From: Verrucomicrobiota bacterium
GTDB taxonomy: Bacteria; Verrucomicrobiota; Verrucomicrobiia; Verrucomicrobiales; Akkermansiaceae
Length of the DNA: 40,000 nt
Assembly: GCA_040384605.1 (NCBI GenBank)
Contig: JAZKIZ010000001.1
Span: 1-40,000, forward strand
Direction: 5' to 3'
Shown here: positions 37,274 through 40,000 of the stretch, piece by piece
Layout of the letters: each line of letters begins with the position of its first letter
Position numbering within the stretch: position 1 is the stretch's first letter
Position numbers and translations under genes: made by a program
The notes under the pieces: generated by a model
Told to the model about the DNA's origin: nothing
What the model saw: only the letters and a program-made list of their open reading frames with translations
The model's database searches: none

Positions 37274-39790
37274 ATGGAATATCCATTTACCCAAGCCACC
37301 GTTGAGACTTTGCCGAACGGCCTCGTTCTGATCTGCGACCCGGATGCCACCGCGCCGGTTGTCAGCTGCCAGATCTGGGTGGAAACCGGGAGCATGCACG
37401 AAGGTGCGCTGGCGGGCGCGGGACTTTCCCATTTCCTCGAACACATGGTTTTCAAGGGCACTCGCGATTATGATGCGGACACGCTGGCTGGAAAAGTGCA
37501 GGCCGCGGGCGGCCATTGGAACGCATACACGACTTTTGATCGCACGGTGTATTACATCGACGGTCCCGCCGCCTCGCTGCCGGAGTTTCTCAAATGCCTC
37601 ACCGGCCTGGTGTTTTTCCCGACACTTCCGGAGAGCGCATTCGAACTGGAAAAAGACGTGATCCGCCGCGAGATCGATATGGGCTTGGACGATCCGGACA
37701 ACGCCGCCTCGCGGCTGCTGTTGCAGACCGCATTCCGCGATGACCCGCGGCGTCTGCCGGTCATTGGTCACCGGCATTTGTTTGATGCGATCCGTCACGA
37801 AGATCTGCGCGAGTATCATCGCACCCGTTACACGACCGACCGGGCATTCGTGGTGATCTCCGGAGATTTTGATCCGGCACCGGTGCGCGGAACCCTCATG
37901 GAGATGACGACCGGATGTTTTCCCGGCGCGGGAGTGGAATCTCTCGTCCCGCGTGATGCCGCGCAGCTCGGTCCGCGTGAAGCGCGCGAAACATTCGCCA
38001 TTCCGGTCAGCCGGATTTCCATGGCCTGGAAATCCGCATCGCTGGATCATCCGGACTCCGCCGCGTTTGAAATCCTTGCCGCGATTCTCGGCCGTGGGCG
38101 TGCCTCAGTCCTGCATCGCAAGTTGCGGGAGGAGCGTGCGCTGGCATTGGAAATTTCCGCATGGCAATGGACGATGCCGGGCCGCGAGGGGATTTTCGCG
38201 ATTTCCGCCGATGCCAAACCGGAACTTCGCGATGAGCTCATCCAGGCGATTCAAAGCGAGATCGAAGAATTGACGCTGACGCTTGATGACTTGGCCAAAG
38301 CAAAACGCCAGATTCTCGCCAGCCAGTTCGGATCGCTCACCACCGCATCGGGCCGTGCTTCCGATCTCGCATCGAATTGGCACGATGCGCGCGATCTCGA
38401 TTTTACCCGCAGTCACGTCGCGAATATCGACAACGTCACGCTTGGCGATATCGATCGTGTCCTTGCCACGCTGCGACTTGAGCGGGTGATCCTGACGGTG
38501 CTTGATCCCATGGACACACCGGTTCCAAGGCCGCAACGGACGCAGCGGAAAACGGATGCGGGCATGGAAGTTGTCACGCTTGCCAACGGCTTGCGCGCCG
38601 CTCTCGTGCCGGATCGCCGCGTGCCATTGATCCATTTCCAAGCAACGGTTCGGGCTGGTTTGCCATCCGAAAATCCTGCCACCAATGGGATCAATCAGTT
38701 GCTCGCATCTTCGCTGCCGAAAGGTGCGGCCGGAAGGTCCGCCGCTGAGATCGCACTGGCGATGGAATCGCTCGGCGCATCAATCCACGCGCGTTCCGGC
38801 AACAACGCGGTGTTGGTCAGCGCCTCCGGATTGGCGCCGGATCTGCATGCCATTGCATCGACATTTGCGGACGTGGTTCTTGCGCCCGATTTCCCCGCCG
38901 ATGCGGTCGCGCGCGAAAAAACCAGTCAGGAAGCCGTTTTGCGCGAATCACTGGAGGAGCCGCTGCATCAAGCGTTTTGCTCGTTGCGGGCGGCGCTTTT
39001 TCACGGCAGCGGATACGGGCTCGACCCGCTGGGAACGCTGGACTCGCTGCCGTTGTTGGATCGCAAGACGCTTACCGGTCATCACGCCCGCCATTTCAAC
39101 GCCGCCAACACCGTGCTGGCGGTTGCCGGGGATTTTGAACCGGCCGACGTCCGCGATTTGTTAGAGGAACGTTTTGCGGGCATGCCGTCGGGCGCGGTTT
39201 GGACACCGCCACCGTCCGCCACGGCTCCGGCCGGAACCATGCCGGTCGTGCGGTTGCCGAAAAAACAAGCGGTGATCGCGATTGGTTTCCCCGGTGTTTC
39301 CGCAACCGATCCGGACCGGCACGCGCTCGCGTTTCTCCAGGAATACGTTTCCGACATGGCGGGACCGCTGTTCACCCGCCTTCGGGAAGATCTCGGTCTC
39401 GCCTATCAGGTCGGCGCCACCCAGTTCCTCGGGTTCGATGCCGGATTGTTCTCGTTTTACATCGCCACCGCGCCGGAACACGCGGACCAAGCACGCGATG
39501 AAATGCTTGCCGAGATCGCAAAAATCGCCGCCGCGGGAATCCCCGTTGACCAGATCGACCAAGTCCGCGCCACCGTGTTGAGCAGTCATGCGCTCCAGCA
39601 ACAATCGTCTGCCACCATCGCCCGCATGGTTTCGCTCGACCTGCTTTTCGACCAGTCGGCGGATGGCTACCAACGACTTCCGGAAATTTACCGTGCGCTC
39701 GATTCCGTCGCGATCCAATCCGCCGCGGCGCGGATTTTTTCGGGGCCGCCGGTGATCGCGACGGTTGTGCCGGCAGATGCCAGTATTTGA
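37274..39790 (+). CDS. Tandem M16 (pitrilysin-family) zinc peptidase: active N-terminal unit plus an inactive C-terminal unit in one chain.
   Basis: HxxEH site GLSHFLEHMVFKGT with downstream NAYTTFDRTVYY. The second M16-like half (from about VVTLANGLRAAL) lacks HxxEH. Start at MEYPF (ATG 37274). Confidence 0.85.
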   Translation: MEYPFTQATVETLPNGLVLICDPDATAPVVSCQIWVETGSMHEGALAGAGLSHFLEHMVFKGTRDYDADTLAGKVQAAGGHWNAYTTFDRTVYYIDGPAASLPEFLKCLTGLVFFPTLPESAFELEKDVIRREIDMGLDDPDNAASRLLLQTAFRDDPRRLPVIGHRHLFDAIRHEDLREYHRTRYTTDRAFVVISGDFDPAPVRGTLMEMTTGCFPGAGVESLVPRDAAQLGPREARETFAIPVSRISMAWKSASLDHPDSAAFEILAAILGRGRASVLHRKLREERALALEISAWQWTMPGREGIFAISADAKPELRDELIQAIQSEIEELTLTLDDLAKAKRQILASQFGSLTTASGRASDLASNWHDARDLDFTRSHVANIDNVTLGDIDRVLATLRLERVILTVLDPMDTPVPRPQRTQRKTDAGMEVVTLANGLRAALVPDRRVPLIHFQATVRAGLPSENPATNGINQLLASSLPKGAAGRSAAEIALAMESLGASIHARSGNNAVLVSASGLAPDLHAIASTFADVVLAPDFPADAVAREKTSQEAVLRESLEEPLHQAFCSLRAALFHGSGYGLDPLGTLDSLPLLDRKTLTGHHARHFNAANTVLAVAGDFEPADVRDLLEERFAGMPSGAVWTPPPSATAPAGTMPVVRLPKKQAVIAIGFPGVSATDPDRHALAFLQEYVSDMAGPLFTRLREDLGLAYQVGATQFLGFDAGLFSFYIATAPEHADQARDEMLAEIAKIAAAGIPVDQIDQVRATVLSSHALQQQSSATIARMVSLDLLFDQSADGYQRLPEIYRALDSVAIQSAAARIFSGPPVIATVVPADASI

Positions 39791-40000
39791 GAAACCGCGG
39801 CAAAAGGAAGCCGCCGGAGCACTCACCCCGGCGGCCAACTGTTCACCCTTACATGAAAACACGAACTTGCGTCCGGTCTTCATGAAATTTGACAGCATGT
39901 GGGCAGAGACGTTCAAAAATCGCTCGGATTTATTTTTTCCCGGGTCTCCCTAACGGATTCCATTCTTGCCACAGGGGTGGCCAATCCCTCTCATTTCACG

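Noticed and set aside
39810-39835. Hairpin gccgccgg-agcactcacc-ccggcggc after the M16 gene, considered as a terminator.
   Set aside because: The 8-bp stem is real but no T-run follows. There is too little evidence to call it a terminator.

Overview
High-GC bacterial chromosomal window, densely coding. By inference it is most consistent with Verrucomicrobiota: it has a PEP-CTERM protein, a MurC-MurB fusion, a four-helix-bundle 23S-IVS-type gene and a Lys/Ala/Pro-rich sigma-70 N-terminus. Order of content: (1) an accessory island at 1-5075 containing an RHS/YD-repeat protein with a disrupted 5' end. Its low-GC C-terminal tip (a LysM-like stretch plus a caspase-like His/Cys pattern) is translationally coupled to a small lipoprotein that may be its immunity protein. 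Frameshifted coding debris and a PEP-CTERM leishmanolysin-like metalloprotease follow. (2) Housekeeping genes: trpB, feoA-feoB plus a Cys-rich mini-protein, a GH35 beta-galactosidase, ptsH (HPr), a membrane/coiled-coil protein, a HAD hydrolase, infC, an L,D-transpeptidase, a tightly coupled Hsp33/SCO-like/SCO-TlpA-like/DUF420 operon, rpoD and an orphan 816-aa HerA/FtsK-like ATPase. (3) A partial dcw cluster on the minus strand: murG, murC-murB fusion, ddl, ftsQ, ftsA, a four-helix-bundle gene, then ftsZ. The four-helix-bundle gene is bracketed by inverted repeats and sits between ftsA and ftsZ. (4) A glycine-zipper lipoprotein, a DsbD-like protein, a SAM methyltransferase, rlmH, argB and a tandem M16 peptidase. 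Several intergenic regions carry palindromic or REP-like elements. No tRNA, rRNA, CRISPR array, transposase or integrase was recognised. All calls rest on reading the translations and the DNA by eye; no database search was run.
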